Shown here in pieces: positions 49,001 to 58,792 of a DNA stretch of 64,000 bases. Under the pieces are notes generated by a model. It did no database searches, was not told the DNA's origin, and was given only the letters and a program-made list of their open reading frames with translations. A program made the translations under genes and the position numbers. Source of the stretch: Dehalococcoidia bacterium (GTDB lineage Bacteria; Chloroflexota; Dehalococcoidia; GIF9; UBA5629); contig DAOUFR010000112.1 of assembly GCA_034429715.1 (NCBI GenBank), positions 3,242-67,241 of the forward strand, written 5' to 3'. Each line of letters begins with the position of its first letter. Position 1 is the first letter of the stretch.

Positions 49001-49394
49001 TAAAGGAAAGATAATCGGCGGCCTGGCCATTTTCCTTTGTCTGACCAGCTTCCCCGCCTGGTATATGGCTGCCAGCGGAAAGGCTGATTACAGCCCGGAC
49101 CCGGTGCTGCCTGTCAGCGAGAACCAGTGTGTGGAATCTGCACAATATATGAAAGAGTATCACATGCAGCTTATGCAGCAGTGGCGGGACCAGTCGGTAA
49201 GGCAGGGCGATAACACTTATATTTCCAGTGACAACCGCACATTCGACATCAACCTGACGGGCACCTGCTTCAAATGCCACACCAACAAGGCCGATTTCTG
49301 CGACCGCTGTCATAATTATACAGGCACAGCTCCCAACTGCTGGGATTGCCATAACATACCTCCGGCCAGTGCGCCGCCGCAGGTGACGAAATGA
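48993..49394 (+). CDS. dsrJ: DsrJ, a periplasmic trihaem cytochrome c.
   Basis: 133 aa with a signal anchor and three CxxCH motifs (CFKCH, CDRCH, CWDCH). It overlaps dsrK by 8 nt and dsrO by 4 nt. Confidence 0.8.
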   Translation: MYDKGKIIGGLAIFLCLTSFPAWYMAASGKADYSPDPVLPVSENQCVESAQYMKEYHMQLMQQWRDQSVRQGDNTYISSDNRTFDINLTGTCFKCHTNKADFCDRCHNYTGTAPNCWDCHNIPPASAPPQVTK

Positions 49395-50155
49395 ATATCG
49401 ACCGCCGCTCTTTTCTCAAACTGGCAGCTCTCGGCCTGCTTGCCATAGCTGCCAAACCTGCCATCGACTTCATCTCAAAGCCGTCTGCGGCCAGGGCTCT
49501 CGACGGACCGTTTTCCGGCAAACGTCTGGCTATGGCTGTAGACCTCAAGGCCTGCACTGCCGGAGACGGCTGCGTTGACTGCATTGCCGCGTGCCACCGG
49601 GTACACAACGTCCCCGACATAGGCAATATCAAAGAGGAGGTCAAATGGCTGTGGGAGGTCGACTACAAGCAGGCTTTCCCTGATCAGGAGAACGGATTTG
49701 TCAGTGAACCGTTGCTGGACAGCAGGGTGCTGGTACTGTGTAACCACTGCGACAACCCGCCCTGCGTCAAAGTGTGCCCAACGCAGGCGACCTGGAAGAG
49801 GGAAGACGGCATAGTTATGATGGACTACCACCGCTGCATCGGTTGCCGCTATTGCATGGCGGCATGCCCCTATGGCTCCCGCAGCTTCAACTGGCGCGAT
49901 CCGCGCCCTTATATCGATATCATCGAGCAGAGCTACCCCACCCGTACCAGAGGCGTGGTCGAGAAGTGCAACTTCTGCGAGGAGCGACTATCAGATGGAT
50001 TGCAGCCTGCCTGCGTGGAAGCTTGCAGCAGCGGGGCATTGAAATTCGGAGACCTGAATCAGGGCACAGATTTGTACAACCTGATTTCATCGCAATTCAA
50101 CCTGCGGCGCAAGGCCGAGCTGGGTACGCGGCCGCAGGTCTATTATTTGCTGTAG
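49391..50155 (+). CDS. dsrO: DsrO, a periplasmic Tat-exported 4x[4Fe-4S] ferredoxin-like subunit.
   Basis: Twin-arginine signal RRSFLKLAALGLLAIAA. There are multiple Cys clusters (CNHCDNPPCVKVCP, CIGCRYCMAACP). Confidence 0.85.
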   Translation: MNIDRRSFLKLAALGLLAIAAKPAIDFISKPSAARALDGPFSGKRLAMAVDLKACTAGDGCVDCIAACHRVHNVPDIGNIKEEVKWLWEVDYKQAFPDQENGFVSEPLLDSRVLVLCNHCDNPPCVKVCPTQATWKREDGIVMMDYHRCIGCRYCMAACPYGSRSFNWRDPRPYIDIIEQSYPTRTRGVVEKCNFCEERLSDGLQPACVEACSSGALKFGDLNQGTDLYNLISSQFNLRRKAELGTRPQVYYLL

Positions 50156-50163
50156 GTTTCACA

Positions 50164-51318
50164 TTGATTGAGAACATTTTCAGAGGCGGAAAGACATACT
50201 GGCTGCTGGTGAGCGGCCTGCTCGTGCTTATGGCGGCAGGGCTGGCAGCCTATCTCGAGCAGTGGAATATCGGTCTGGCGGTGACCGGTTTGAGCAGGGA
50301 TGTTTCCTGGGGCCTGTACCTTGCCAACTTTACCTTCTTCGTTGGTATAGCCGCCTCCGCCGTCATGATTGTCATCCCTTACTATCTGCATAACACACGG
50401 GAATTCCGCCGCATACTTATACTGGGAGAGTTCATGGCCGTAGCGGCCTGCCTGGTGGCCATTACTTTCATACTGGTGGACCTGGGCCAGCCGGCCAGGG
50501 TACTTAATATCATTCTTTATCCCTCACCCGGTTCCATTATTTTCTGGGATGTTGTGGTGCTCTCGGTCTACCTGCTGCTCAACATCATCCTCGGCTGGGT
50601 GGCGCTGGATGCCGAGTACAAAGAGGTCGCTCCGCCGGCCTGGTTAAAGCCAGTTGCAATCATATCCGTAGTCTGGGCTATCAGCATTCACACCGTCACC
50701 GCATTCATATACGCCGGGTTGGCAGCACGCGCTTTCTGGCTGACCGCCCTGCTGGCGCCCCGCTTCCTGGCCTCGGCTTTCGCCTCCGGACCCGCCCTCC
50801 TGATATTATTGGCCCTGGCCATGAAGAAGTGGGGCGGCTTCGACCCGGGTGACCAGTCCCTGGACAAGGTGGCCAAGATCGTCACGTACGCCATTATCAT
50901 CACCGTCTTCTTCCTGCTGCTGGAGATCTTCACGGTTTTCTACAGCCAAGAGCCGGACGCTGTGTCACACTTCCAGTACCTGCTATTTGGATTGGACAAT
51001 CATTACGGACTCGTACCATGGCTATGGACATCGGTCATTCTGGCCTGCGCCGCCATTATCCTGATGGTCATACCCTCTATGCGAAAAAATCAGCTCACAC
51101 TTGCGTTGGCCTGTGCAGCTGTTTTCATCTCCATCTGGATCGATAAAGGCCTGGGCCTGATCGTGCCGGGTTTTATTCCGTCACCTCTGGGAGACATTAC
51201 CGAATACACCCCCACCTTGCTCGAAACACTAATAACTATTGGGGTATGGTCGATGGGCGGTTTAATACTGACTCTGCTGCTCAAGGTGGTGCTGGGTGTC
51301 AGACAGAGACAGCGCTGA
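50164..51318 (+). CDS. dsrP: DsrP, a NrfD/PsrC-like integral membrane quinone-interacting subunit.
   Basis: Polytopic membrane protein. The listed ORF 49774..51318 overlaps dsrO in another frame. The real start is most likely the TTG at 50164, just after the dsrO stop, and no ATG or GTG is available there. Confidence 0.7.
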   Translation: MIENIFRGGKTYWLLVSGLLVLMAAGLAAYLEQWNIGLAVTGLSRDVSWGLYLANFTFFVGIAASAVMIVIPYYLHNTREFRRILILGEFMAVAACLVAITFILVDLGQPARVLNIILYPSPGSIIFWDVVVLSVYLLLNIILGWVALDAEYKEVAPPAWLKPVAIISVVWAISIHTVTAFIYAGLAARAFWLTALLAPRFLASAFASGPALLILLALAMKKWGGFDPGDQSLDKVAKIVTYAIIITVFFLLLEIFTVFYSQEPDAVSHFQYLLFGLDNHYGLVPWLWTSVILACAAIILMVIPSMRKNQLTLALACAAVFISIWIDKGLGLIVPGFIPSPLGDITEYTPTLLETLITIGVWSMGGLILTLLLKVVLGVRQRQR

Positions 51319-51370
51319 ACGACATCTCTTTGACAAATAATTACTCGCCGTAGATAATTGAGCCGCAGAT

Positions 51371-51916
51371 ATGTATCATCCTTTAAATTCCATACCCGGT
51401 AGCAAGAGGTTACCGGCATTCCTGTGGCTGCTGGCTGCGACCATAGGCATTACCATCGTGTTCCGCTTTATCGGCCCCTTCAAACCGACCATTGTGGATT
51501 TCGAGCTGGCCGGAAGTGTGGAGAAAACATCGGCGATAATCGGCGCGTGGGATACACTGGCCAGGCTGCAGGCCTGTTTCAACCTGGGCTTCGATTACCT
51601 TTATATGCCCGTATATTCAACTACTATAGCCCTGGCCTGTGTGATGGGCGCCGGCGTCGTTTCACGGAGCGGCTGGAGAAATCTCGGACTGCTGTTGGCC
51701 TGGGGCTTATGGCTGGCCGCTATACTCGACGCCGTGGAGAATTACGCCCTGATCACTATGATGTACGGCAGCCCGGCGGCCCCGTATCCTCAGATAGCTG
51801 CGTATTGCGCAGCCTGTAAATTCGGCCTGATCATTCTGGGCCTGCTATACGCCCTTATCTCGCTTATCGTTTATCTGGTTAAACTCTCCCGAATAAAGCT
51901 TGTGCCGCTGAAATAA
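51371..51916 (+). CDS. Hypothetical membrane protein with about five TM segments.
   Basis: 181-aa hydrophobic ORF between dsrP and ccsA. No recognisable family. Confidence 0.45.
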   Translation: MYHPLNSIPGSKRLPAFLWLLAATIGITIVFRFIGPFKPTIVDFELAGSVEKTSAIIGAWDTLARLQACFNLGFDYLYMPVYSTTIALACVMGAGVVSRSGWRNLGLLLAWGLWLAAILDAVENYALITMMYGSPAAPYPQIAAYCAACKFGLIILGLLYALISLIVYLVKLSRIKLVPLK

Positions 51917-51942
51917 ACGTTGCATTCATAAACTACCGGATT

Positions 51943-52770
51943 TCACATTGCAGCGTAACTGTGCAGTCCCCCGAAGAACAAATTGCCGAAAAATGTCAGG
52001 AGCACTGCCAGGAAGCCGGCTACCAGGAACCAGGCGCTGCGTGAGTCCCTCCAGCCAAATATCCACCTCGTGAGCAAATAAAGTGCGTAAATCAACCAGG
52101 TCACCAGCGCGGCGGTCTCCTTAGGGTCCCAGGACCAGTAGCTGCCCCAGGCGATTTTTGCCCATATGGAGCCGAGGACTATCACCACTGTCAGGAAGCA
52201 AAAACCGATCAGTGAGGAGCGATAGCCCAGCCTGTCGAGAATAAGCGGTGAGGGCATGAAGGAAGCCGCATATCTCTGTCCTGTCAGAAAGAGCGCAGCG
52301 CAGGCAAATCCCAGCGCAAATAGACCGTAAGCAATAATAGCGCAGGATACGTGAAGCGGCAGCAGCCAGGTCTGGTTCAATATCGGGGAGAGCGGCTGAT
52401 GCTGGACAGGCAACGTGAACGCATAGATCAGCATAGCGAGAGTTATCAGCGCGCCTGCGGCGCTTACTATATCGTTTCTCTGCCTCCACCTGAAAATCAG
52501 CACAACCGTCAGCACACCCCAGCCGAAAGACATCGAGAACTCGAACATATCTGTAGCGGGGATATGTCCGGCCTGGATAGCATGCATAACCAGGGAAACA
52601 GTGAGCGCCAGCCAGGCGACCAACATAACAGGCAGGGAATAACGGGAAACTGCCAGGTCCAGCGGGCTTTTATTAACATAAATGGAGATGAATCCCCAGA
52701 TATACAGAATTAACGCCAGTTGCAGGGCAACCAGCGTGGTCACGAACATGAGGATTTCGATCTGGCCCAT
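51943..52770 (-). CDS. ccsA: Cytochrome c biogenesis protein CcsA/ResC (System II haem handling).
   Basis: The WGSYWSWDPKET WWD-domain motif and conserved His-containing TM segments are present. Confidence 0.8.
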   Translation of the reverse strand: MGQIEILMFVTTLVALQLALILYIWGFISIYVNKSPLDLAVSRYSLPVMLVAWLALTVSLVMHAIQAGHIPATDMFEFSMSFGWGVLTVVLIFRWRQRNDIVSAAGALITLAMLIYAFTLPVQHQPLSPILNQTWLLPLHVSCAIIAYGLFALGFACAALFLTGQRYAASFMPSPLILDRLGYRSSLIGFCFLTVVIVLGSIWAKIAWGSYWSWDPKETAALVTWLIYALYLLTRWIFGWRDSRSAWFLVAGFLAVLLTFFGNLFFGGLHSYAAM

Positions 52771-52815
52771 AATGACTAAAGTATAAACAAATTGCTTAAC
52801 TGTCGTTTACTGCTG

Positions 52816-52844
52816 TTGACAGCAATTAAGTGATATTGTATAAA
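52816..52844 (+). promoter_or_regulatory. Candidate sigma70 promoter: TTGACA, a 17-nt spacer, then TATAAA, upstream of the YeiH-like transporter gene.
   Basis: Consensus -35, 17-nt spacer and a near-consensus -10, about 135 nt upstream of 52979. The spacer shares ATATTGTATAA with the dsrA and ssuA-like promoter motif. Confidence 0.4.
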
Positions 52845-52978
52845 GGAGCTTAAGACCGGGCAATATCAGGTGAGGGGGGTGATATATTTAACAATTGTTC
52901 CGTTTTTTTCAGTCCCAGGATTCGTTTCATCTTTTTTAATCAGTACTACTATTAATCGATAATAAAGGAGGTGAGAGG

Positions 52979-54280
52979 TTGCAGAAGATTGATTGGTCAT
53001 CGATATGGACCAAAGAGGACTGGTGGGCGTGTTGGCTGGGATTCGTCATCCTGATTCTGGCTATGATCGGCATTCTGCCCGCCGGCCCCAAGTTCGGCAC
53101 ATGGGCAACGATCGATAAAGCTTTCCCTTCAGGCATCGCAACTATCTGGGACACACTGATCCTGTTAGTCATACTGGCCGTCCTGTGTTTGATCGGTCTG
53201 ATCTTTATGAAAAAGGATATCAAGCGTTTTGTCCCCGCCTTCATCGTTATCTTTGCGCTTGCCTGGCTGGCGGTTTTCATCGGTAAGCAGTCCGTCATCA
53301 ATGCCTGGGGTTTGGAATATGTTATCTGGGCTTTGATCTTCGGTCTGCTTATCAGCAATACAGTAGGCATGCCAGGCTGGCTCAAACCGGCCGTACTAAC
53401 CGAATATTATATAAAGATCGGCCTGGTCTGCATGGGCGCAACCATACTTTTCTCCGTTATCCTTAAAGCGGGCGGCGTAGGCATGCTGCAGGCCCTGCTG
53501 GTAGTGGCCGCAGTATGGTTTTTCACTTACTGGCTGGGCAGAAGGTTCGGGATGGCCGAACGCTTCTCCAGCACCATGGCTACAGGTGTCTCGATCTGCG
53601 GTGTATCAGCTTCCATAGCCGCTGGTGGAGCGGTTAAGGGCGATCCCAAAGAAACCAGCTACATCATAGCCTGGCTGCTGGTTGGCGCAGTGATCATGAT
53701 AGTGGTAATGCCCCCCATTGCCAAGGCCGTCAGCATGCCGACCAACATGGCCGGAGCATGGCTGGGCGGCACCATCGATAATACCGGCGCAGTGGTAGCT
53801 GCAGGCGAGGTGATGAAAAGCAAAGCTTCACTCGATGTGGCCGCTCTGGTCAAGATGGCGCAGAATATTTTGATCGGGTTTGCGGCTTTCTTCCTGGCGG
53901 TATGGGCAACGCTGAGGCTGGATAAAAAATCCGTCAGCGAACGGCCGTCTTTCATGGAAATCTGGTACCGCTTCCCTAAATTCATCGTCGGATTCATTAT
54001 CGCCTCTCTAATAGCCTCCTTCTACATCGAGCCTGTCATGGGTACCAAAGCAACAGCAACGATCACCGGCCTGCTGACAACCTACCGCACCTGGTTCTTT
54101 GCACTGTGCTTTGTCTGCATAGGTCTGGAGACTAACTTCAAAGAGCTTCTTTCAGTCGGCGGCGGCAAACCGGCGGCTGTGTACTGGATCGGGCAGACAT
54201 TTAACGTGGTGTGGACCCTGCTCATCGTCTGGATCCTGTGGTCCGGCACCTTTTTCGTTCCCCCCATACTTCCCGATTAA
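52979..54280 (+). CDS. YeiH/UPF0324-family membrane transporter (putative sulfate-exporter family).
   Basis: 433 aa with about 10 TM segments. The GVSICGVSASIAAGGAV motif is characteristic of the YeiH family. Confidence 0.55.
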   Translation: MQKIDWSSIWTKEDWWACWLGFVILILAMIGILPAGPKFGTWATIDKAFPSGIATIWDTLILLVILAVLCLIGLIFMKKDIKRFVPAFIVIFALAWLAVFIGKQSVINAWGLEYVIWALIFGLLISNTVGMPGWLKPAVLTEYYIKIGLVCMGATILFSVILKAGGVGMLQALLVVAAVWFFTYWLGRRFGMAERFSSTMATGVSICGVSASIAAGGAVKGDPKETSYIIAWLLVGAVIMIVVMPPIAKAVSMPTNMAGAWLGGTIDNTGAVVAAGEVMKSKASLDVAALVKMAQNILIGFAAFFLAVWATLRLDKKSVSERPSFMEIWYRFPKFIVGFIIASLIASFYIEPVMGTKATATITGLLTTYRTWFFALCFVCIGLETNFKELLSVGGGKPAAVYWIGQTFNVVWTLLIVWILWSGTFFVPPILPD

Positions 54281-54345
54281 TTCGACCCAATATTGCGGGA
54301 GGAACCGGCAGCGGTTCCTCCCGCAATAAACGTGTTTCAATAGGC

Positions 54346-55443
54346 TTATATCCCCTGCAACTTATAGCACCCCCGGCACTGTGCCGGCGCCTGCGGCATC
54401 GTCCCCGGGACTTCAGTCAGGGACTGTTTCTCCTGTCCCTGTAAATTTCTACGTGCTCCGCGTATCCCGGGCAGAGTCAGCAACGCCATTGATTTGGCTG
54501 CATTTAATCTCGAGTGCTCGATTCGCCGTTCGAACGCCAGCCTGAACTCCTTTGCCTGTGCATTCTCAAGCACTTTACCGAAGCCATCCTGCACATTTCC
54601 ATAGATAAAGCGGTCAACCGGGCCTTCATCACGCCATGATATTATCCTAGGAATCATGCCTTCAACCGGCATACAGAGGTAAACACAGGGAGAGACTTCG
54701 CCCCGCACACTCACAACAACATTGTGCAGCGGATCGTCGCTGCAAACAGGTGAATTGTCACGGGGCTCCAACGGATAAATATGTACCTGGATACCTCTCT
54801 TTTTCCCCCTCATCTCTGCTTCCTTGACTATGTCATATAGACGTGGATCGAACGTCTGGCCGAACGTTTTCAGCGCCTCCGCCTCAGCGTCAGGTATGTA
54901 ATCAAGATTAGGTACGATCACCCTGTCCGCTTTAAGCTCCGCCGCCAGATCAACCAGCTCAGGCAACTCCGCGATGTTCGGTTTCATCATCTGCATGACG
55001 AGATGAATATCCGGGTGAGACCTGGCCGCGCTTAATCCGGCGATATTCTTGCAGATTTGCGCCAGGCTCGATCCTGCTCTTAGAGAATCGTGTGTAGTAG
55101 ACCTGGCTCCCGCCACCGACACCGCTATGAAAGCAAACCCGATCTCGCATATCCGCCGGACGGCGGCGTCATCCAGCAGCACGCCGTTGGTGGTCAGGCT
55201 GACCCTGCCTCCCCTCTCCTTGATTGCCCTTGCCATGCTCCAGATTTCGGGATGGAGCAGCGGCTCCCCCCATCCCTGCAGGTGCACCAGTTCCGCTTTA
55301 CCCAGGTACGGCAAAATCTGCGTAAAAGCATCGCGACTTATATCCCGTGAGATCCATCTGTCTTTAAGCAGCGTGTGCGGGCAAAAGCAGCACCTTAGCT
55401 GGCACCTGGTCGATACCTCTACCTGTATAATGCGAGGCTGCAT
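54346..55443 (-). CDS. Radical SAM protein with a C-terminal SPASM-like Cys-rich extension.
   Basis: N-terminal CQLRCCFC contains CxxxCxxC. It has a GWGEPLL SAM-binding motif and C-terminal extra Cys (CVYLC, CRGC). It lacks the Gly-rich N-terminal motif of canonical GRE activases. Confidence 0.75.
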   Translation of the reverse strand: MQPRIIQVEVSTRCQLRCCFCPHTLLKDRWISRDISRDAFTQILPYLGKAELVHLQGWGEPLLHPEIWSMARAIKERGGRVSLTTNGVLLDDAAVRRICEIGFAFIAVSVAGARSTTHDSLRAGSSLAQICKNIAGLSAARSHPDIHLVMQMMKPNIAELPELVDLAAELKADRVIVPNLDYIPDAEAEALKTFGQTFDPRLYDIVKEAEMRGKKRGIQVHIYPLEPRDNSPVCSDDPLHNVVVSVRGEVSPCVYLCMPVEGMIPRIISWRDEGPVDRFIYGNVQDGFGKVLENAQAKEFRLAFERRIEHSRLNAAKSMALLTLPGIRGARRNLQGQEKQSLTEVPGTMPQAPAQCRGCYKLQGI

Positions 55444-55539
55444 CGGAATTAACCTCTGATCAGTGTATCCAAACGCATTCTAACACAGCATCGTAATCAG
55501 CTGCCTGTTCTTTGACCTGCTCGAAAAACGTATGTTATA

Positions 55540-56187
55540 TTGCGGCCTATGGGCGTGCTGAGAGATATTCTCCCCACAGTGCTGGACACTAAAATAAAAA
55601 ATATCCTGACCGAGGAAAGAGAGGTGGCTAAAGCAGTGGCTACCGATGTAACCGGCACAATGGCTTTAGGGGTCTGGGATTTCGTGCTTCCTCCGCTCTT
55701 TGCAATCAATCTGCTCAAACATCACCGGTCGAAAGAGGCCTTTACACTTAATTTCATGTTTACCAAGAAACTGGCGCTGGAAGCAGCCGGCAATATGTTG
55801 CAATCCGGCCTGACAATAGATAATTGCCTGGCAGAGGTGGAGAAAAAGACATCTTCGATCCTGAGCGCCGACCGGAAAGGCGTGTATTCGGAGAAGGTGC
55901 GTCTGAAACAGATGCAGGAGGTCCGCCTGCTGATCGACCATTATCAAAAGCTGATTATGTCTGAGGGTAAAACCTACCGCGATATGGTTAAGTCAGCATA
56001 TGTGGACCGGGAATCATTCGATACGTTTTTGCACAGGCTCAGTTCAGCCGAAAAAGACGTCAACCGGGCTGCTTTGCAGATAGTGAGCAAAAGCACTGAA
56101 GCAAGGGACTTTGTTGCCAGGATGGAGAAGTCGGTGAACCAGATACGCAACAGGGACCTGGACAATTATTTTCCCCTACCTGAATAA
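55540..56187 (+). CDS. Hypothetical protein.
   Basis: 215-aa ORF between the radical SAM and GRE genes. No recognisable domain. Confidence 0.4.
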   Translation: MRPMGVLRDILPTVLDTKIKNILTEEREVAKAVATDVTGTMALGVWDFVLPPLFAINLLKHHRSKEAFTLNFMFTKKLALEAAGNMLQSGLTIDNCLAEVEKKTSSILSADRKGVYSEKVRLKQMQEVRLLIDHYQKLIMSEGKTYRDMVKSAYVDRESFDTFLHRLSSAEKDVNRAALQIVSKSTEARDFVARMEKSVNQIRNRDLDNYFPLPE

Positions 56188-56191
56188 AGGC

Positions 56192-58792
56192 CTAACACAG
56201 ACAGGAATTGATATCGTGCGCGGTGCGCTGTATCAATTCGTCCTTCATCGATTCTGTCAGGTCGTTGAAATACGCCGAATATCCGGATACGCGCACTACC
56301 AGGCCCCGGTACTGGTCAGGATGATCCTTAGCATCGATGAGTATTGCGGGATCAACCACGTTGAACTGCACCTGCATTCCTCCGCTGGCGAAGAAACCGA
56401 AAATCAACGCTTCTACCAGACGGTTGCGCGAAGGATCCTTGATCAGCGCCAGATCCAGTTTTTCGTTGAGCGCATAGCCATTGGCCACCAGGCTGTTATC
56501 TATGCAGGCTGTTGATGACATCGATGCCGTCGGTCCATTCCTGTCACGGCCGTTGCAGGGCGATATCCCGTTGGCCAGCGGCTGCCCGGCCCGACGGCCG
56601 CCGGGCAATGCGCCTGTACGCGCACCGAAACCCTGATGTGTAGTCATGGACCAGAATCCCGGGTAATATTTCCCTCCGCGCGGGTTGTTGTATCGCGTCA
56701 CCAGATCAGTGAAAATGCCGGAGACCAAACGGGCGTAGTAGTTAGACCTTTCCTCGTTTTCGCCGTATTTTTGTACCTTGTTTGAGATAATCGCATTCAG
56801 CTCCGGATGGCCTGCAAAATCGTCATCCACAGCCCTGACCAATTCTTCCAGAGACAGCCTCCCCTCATTAAATACGAGCTGCTCTATAGCAGTCAGAGCA
56901 TCCGCCGTATCGGCCAGTCCCACACCCTGGCAGCCGGTGGAGTTATACCTGGCACCGCCCGCATTGATCTCCATGCCTTTGTCTATACAGCCTTCCACAA
57001 CGGTGGATAGAAATAGAGTGGGACGATGTGCCGCGTGTGTCTGCTCGATAGCATTGTTGCCCTCCGTTGCGCGCCTTATCATGTTATGAAGCTGTATTTT
57101 AAAAGCGCCGACAACGGCTTCCATGTCACCCATCGCTTTGATATCACCGGTCTGCGGGCCAAACTGCAGGCCATTACACTTACCTTTATGTAAAGCCAGA
57201 TGCAGGGCTATAGGAACATTGGTAAAAATCGCCCCGGCTGCCGGGAAGCTCTTCCCTGGCACGCCCCATTCCACACAGCCAACGATGGAATAATCCTCAG
57301 CGTCCTCTTTATCGATGCCCGACTTCTCCAGCGCCGCAGGTATCTGGTCATCATTGAAAAAAGCCGGAAGGCCGCCGCCTTTTTTAAGCACTTCGCAGCA
57401 AAGGTCGGTGAATTCGACGGGAGTATCCTGATTGATCCTGACATGGAAGTTCGGTTGCCTGAGCCTGACCTGGTCATAGGCCTGCAGAAACAGGAATGAC
57501 AGCTCATTAACGCCGTCGCTGCCGTCGGCCGTACGCCCTCCCAGAGTTATGCCGGAGGCCGAAGACAGGCCGCTGAAATATTCTGTTGCGCGGTCGAAGA
57601 AAAGCGGCAGCAGCTCGCCCGCTTTAGCTATGAAACACCCCAGCAGTTCACCCGCCTGAGTACGGTTGAGCCTGCCCGCTTCGATATCGCGCTTATAGTA
57701 GGGGAAAAGGTACTGGTCCATGCGTCCGAAAGAGATGCCGTGCTGGAAGTTCTCGTAATGCAGCATGACATGGGTGATAAAAACGCTTTGCAGCGCCTCG
57801 TAAAAAGTCTCGGCCGGCTCTGCGGGCACCCTGTTAAATATCTCCGCTAATCTCAGCAATTCCTGTCTTCGAACTTCGCTCTCTGTCCCAGCAGCCTCGC
57901 GCTCGAGGAATTTGCTCCAGCGCTTACCGTAATCGGCGGCAGCCTCGGCACAGACCAGGGCTGCTTCATAAAAACGCTTTATTTGCTCTAACCGCCCACG
58001 CACGGCCGCATCGCTGCAGGCCTCTATGTCCGATTTCACCCCTTCCAACCGCTCGCGTATCTGCCGGGCTATGCCGTTGAATCCCAGCCTGAGCACGGTG
58101 GGATAATCCGGTGTAACATGCGAGACTCCCGAGAACTGCGTCAGGATAAAATATCTCCCCTCCAGCATCGTATTAAACAGGCCGGGATCGCTGCTCAAGA
58201 GAGGCGTCAGCGCCAGCACTGAACGGTTAAACCAGAACGGGAAAATGACCGTCTCAAGTTCCTCAATTTGAGCCGGCTCGATGTCCATGGGGTTTTGCCT
58301 GCGCCCGGATATGCCTCTTATCTCCGGTAACATGAGCAATCCGCCCAGGTCGGGATGGATGGGAGCGCCCACACGCCAGGCCGATGGATTTCCCGCGATC
58401 AACTCGCGGTCATATACCTTCAGTTCCATATTTTCCAATATGTATCTAAAAGCTTCGGCATAGCGTATGACAGTATCGCCCTGCGAAACATTGCGCCTCT
58501 TGAGCAGCAGGGAATTGATAAAGTTGTTAGCAGCCACCTGCCATCTCTTCTGGGGGATAGATCCGGCTGATTTCTCCAGGCTCCTGCGGTAAAAGCGATA
58601 TTGAATTGAGGATAGCAGATCATCCAGGATATCCCGCCGAGTATGTCTGCGAAAATAATCGGTCAGCAGGGAGGCCTTCTGCGTGCAAACATGATAGGGC
58701 GAGTTGAGGATATCGTCACGCAACTTCTTCAACCGCGGGAGCGCTTCCAGCGAGTCTTTGGACACAACTACCGCGGATCCCGGTTCATCCAT
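56192..58792 (-). CDS. Glycyl radical enzyme (PFL-like fold) of the 1,2-eliminase/lyase class. Substrate unknown. It is a candidate organosulfonate C-S lyase (sulfite-releasing), on the basis of its neighbours.
   Basis: 866 aa. The C-terminal glycyl-radical motif RVSGYSAYF is present. The active-site loop GCVEWG gives thiyl Cys plus Glu, the pattern of the CutC/glycerol-dehydratase/HypD/IslA eliminases. Confidence 0.85.
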   Translation of the reverse strand: MDEPGSAVVVSKDSLEALPRLKKLRDDILNSPYHVCTQKASLLTDYFRRHTRRDILDDLLSSIQYRFYRRSLEKSAGSIPQKRWQVAANNFINSLLLKRRNVSQGDTVIRYAEAFRYILENMELKVYDRELIAGNPSAWRVGAPIHPDLGGLLMLPEIRGISGRRQNPMDIEPAQIEELETVIFPFWFNRSVLALTPLLSSDPGLFNTMLEGRYFILTQFSGVSHVTPDYPTVLRLGFNGIARQIRERLEGVKSDIEACSDAAVRGRLEQIKRFYEAALVCAEAAADYGKRWSKFLEREAAGTESEVRRQELLRLAEIFNRVPAEPAETFYEALQSVFITHVMLHYENFQHGISFGRMDQYLFPYYKRDIEAGRLNRTQAGELLGCFIAKAGELLPLFFDRATEYFSGLSSASGITLGGRTADGSDGVNELSFLFLQAYDQVRLRQPNFHVRINQDTPVEFTDLCCEVLKKGGGLPAFFNDDQIPAALEKSGIDKEDAEDYSIVGCVEWGVPGKSFPAAGAIFTNVPIALHLALHKGKCNGLQFGPQTGDIKAMGDMEAVVGAFKIQLHNMIRRATEGNNAIEQTHAAHRPTLFLSTVVEGCIDKGMEINAGGARYNSTGCQGVGLADTADALTAIEQLVFNEGRLSLEELVRAVDDDFAGHPELNAIISNKVQKYGENEERSNYYARLVSGIFTDLVTRYNNPRGGKYYPGFWSMTTHQGFGARTGALPGGRRAGQPLANGISPCNGRDRNGPTASMSSTACIDNSLVANGYALNEKLDLALIKDPSRNRLVEALIFGFFASGGMQVQFNVVDPAILIDAKDHPDQYRGLVVRVSGYSAYFNDLTESMKDELIQRTAHDINSCLC

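Noticed and set aside
49774-50163. N-terminal 130 codons of the listed 514-aa ORF, which would make DsrP overlap DsrO by about 380 nt.
   Set aside because: This stretch is out of frame relative to the well-supported dsrO and its composition is not membrane-like. DsrP hydrophobic helices begin only after the dsrO stop, so it was trimmed to the TTG at 50164.
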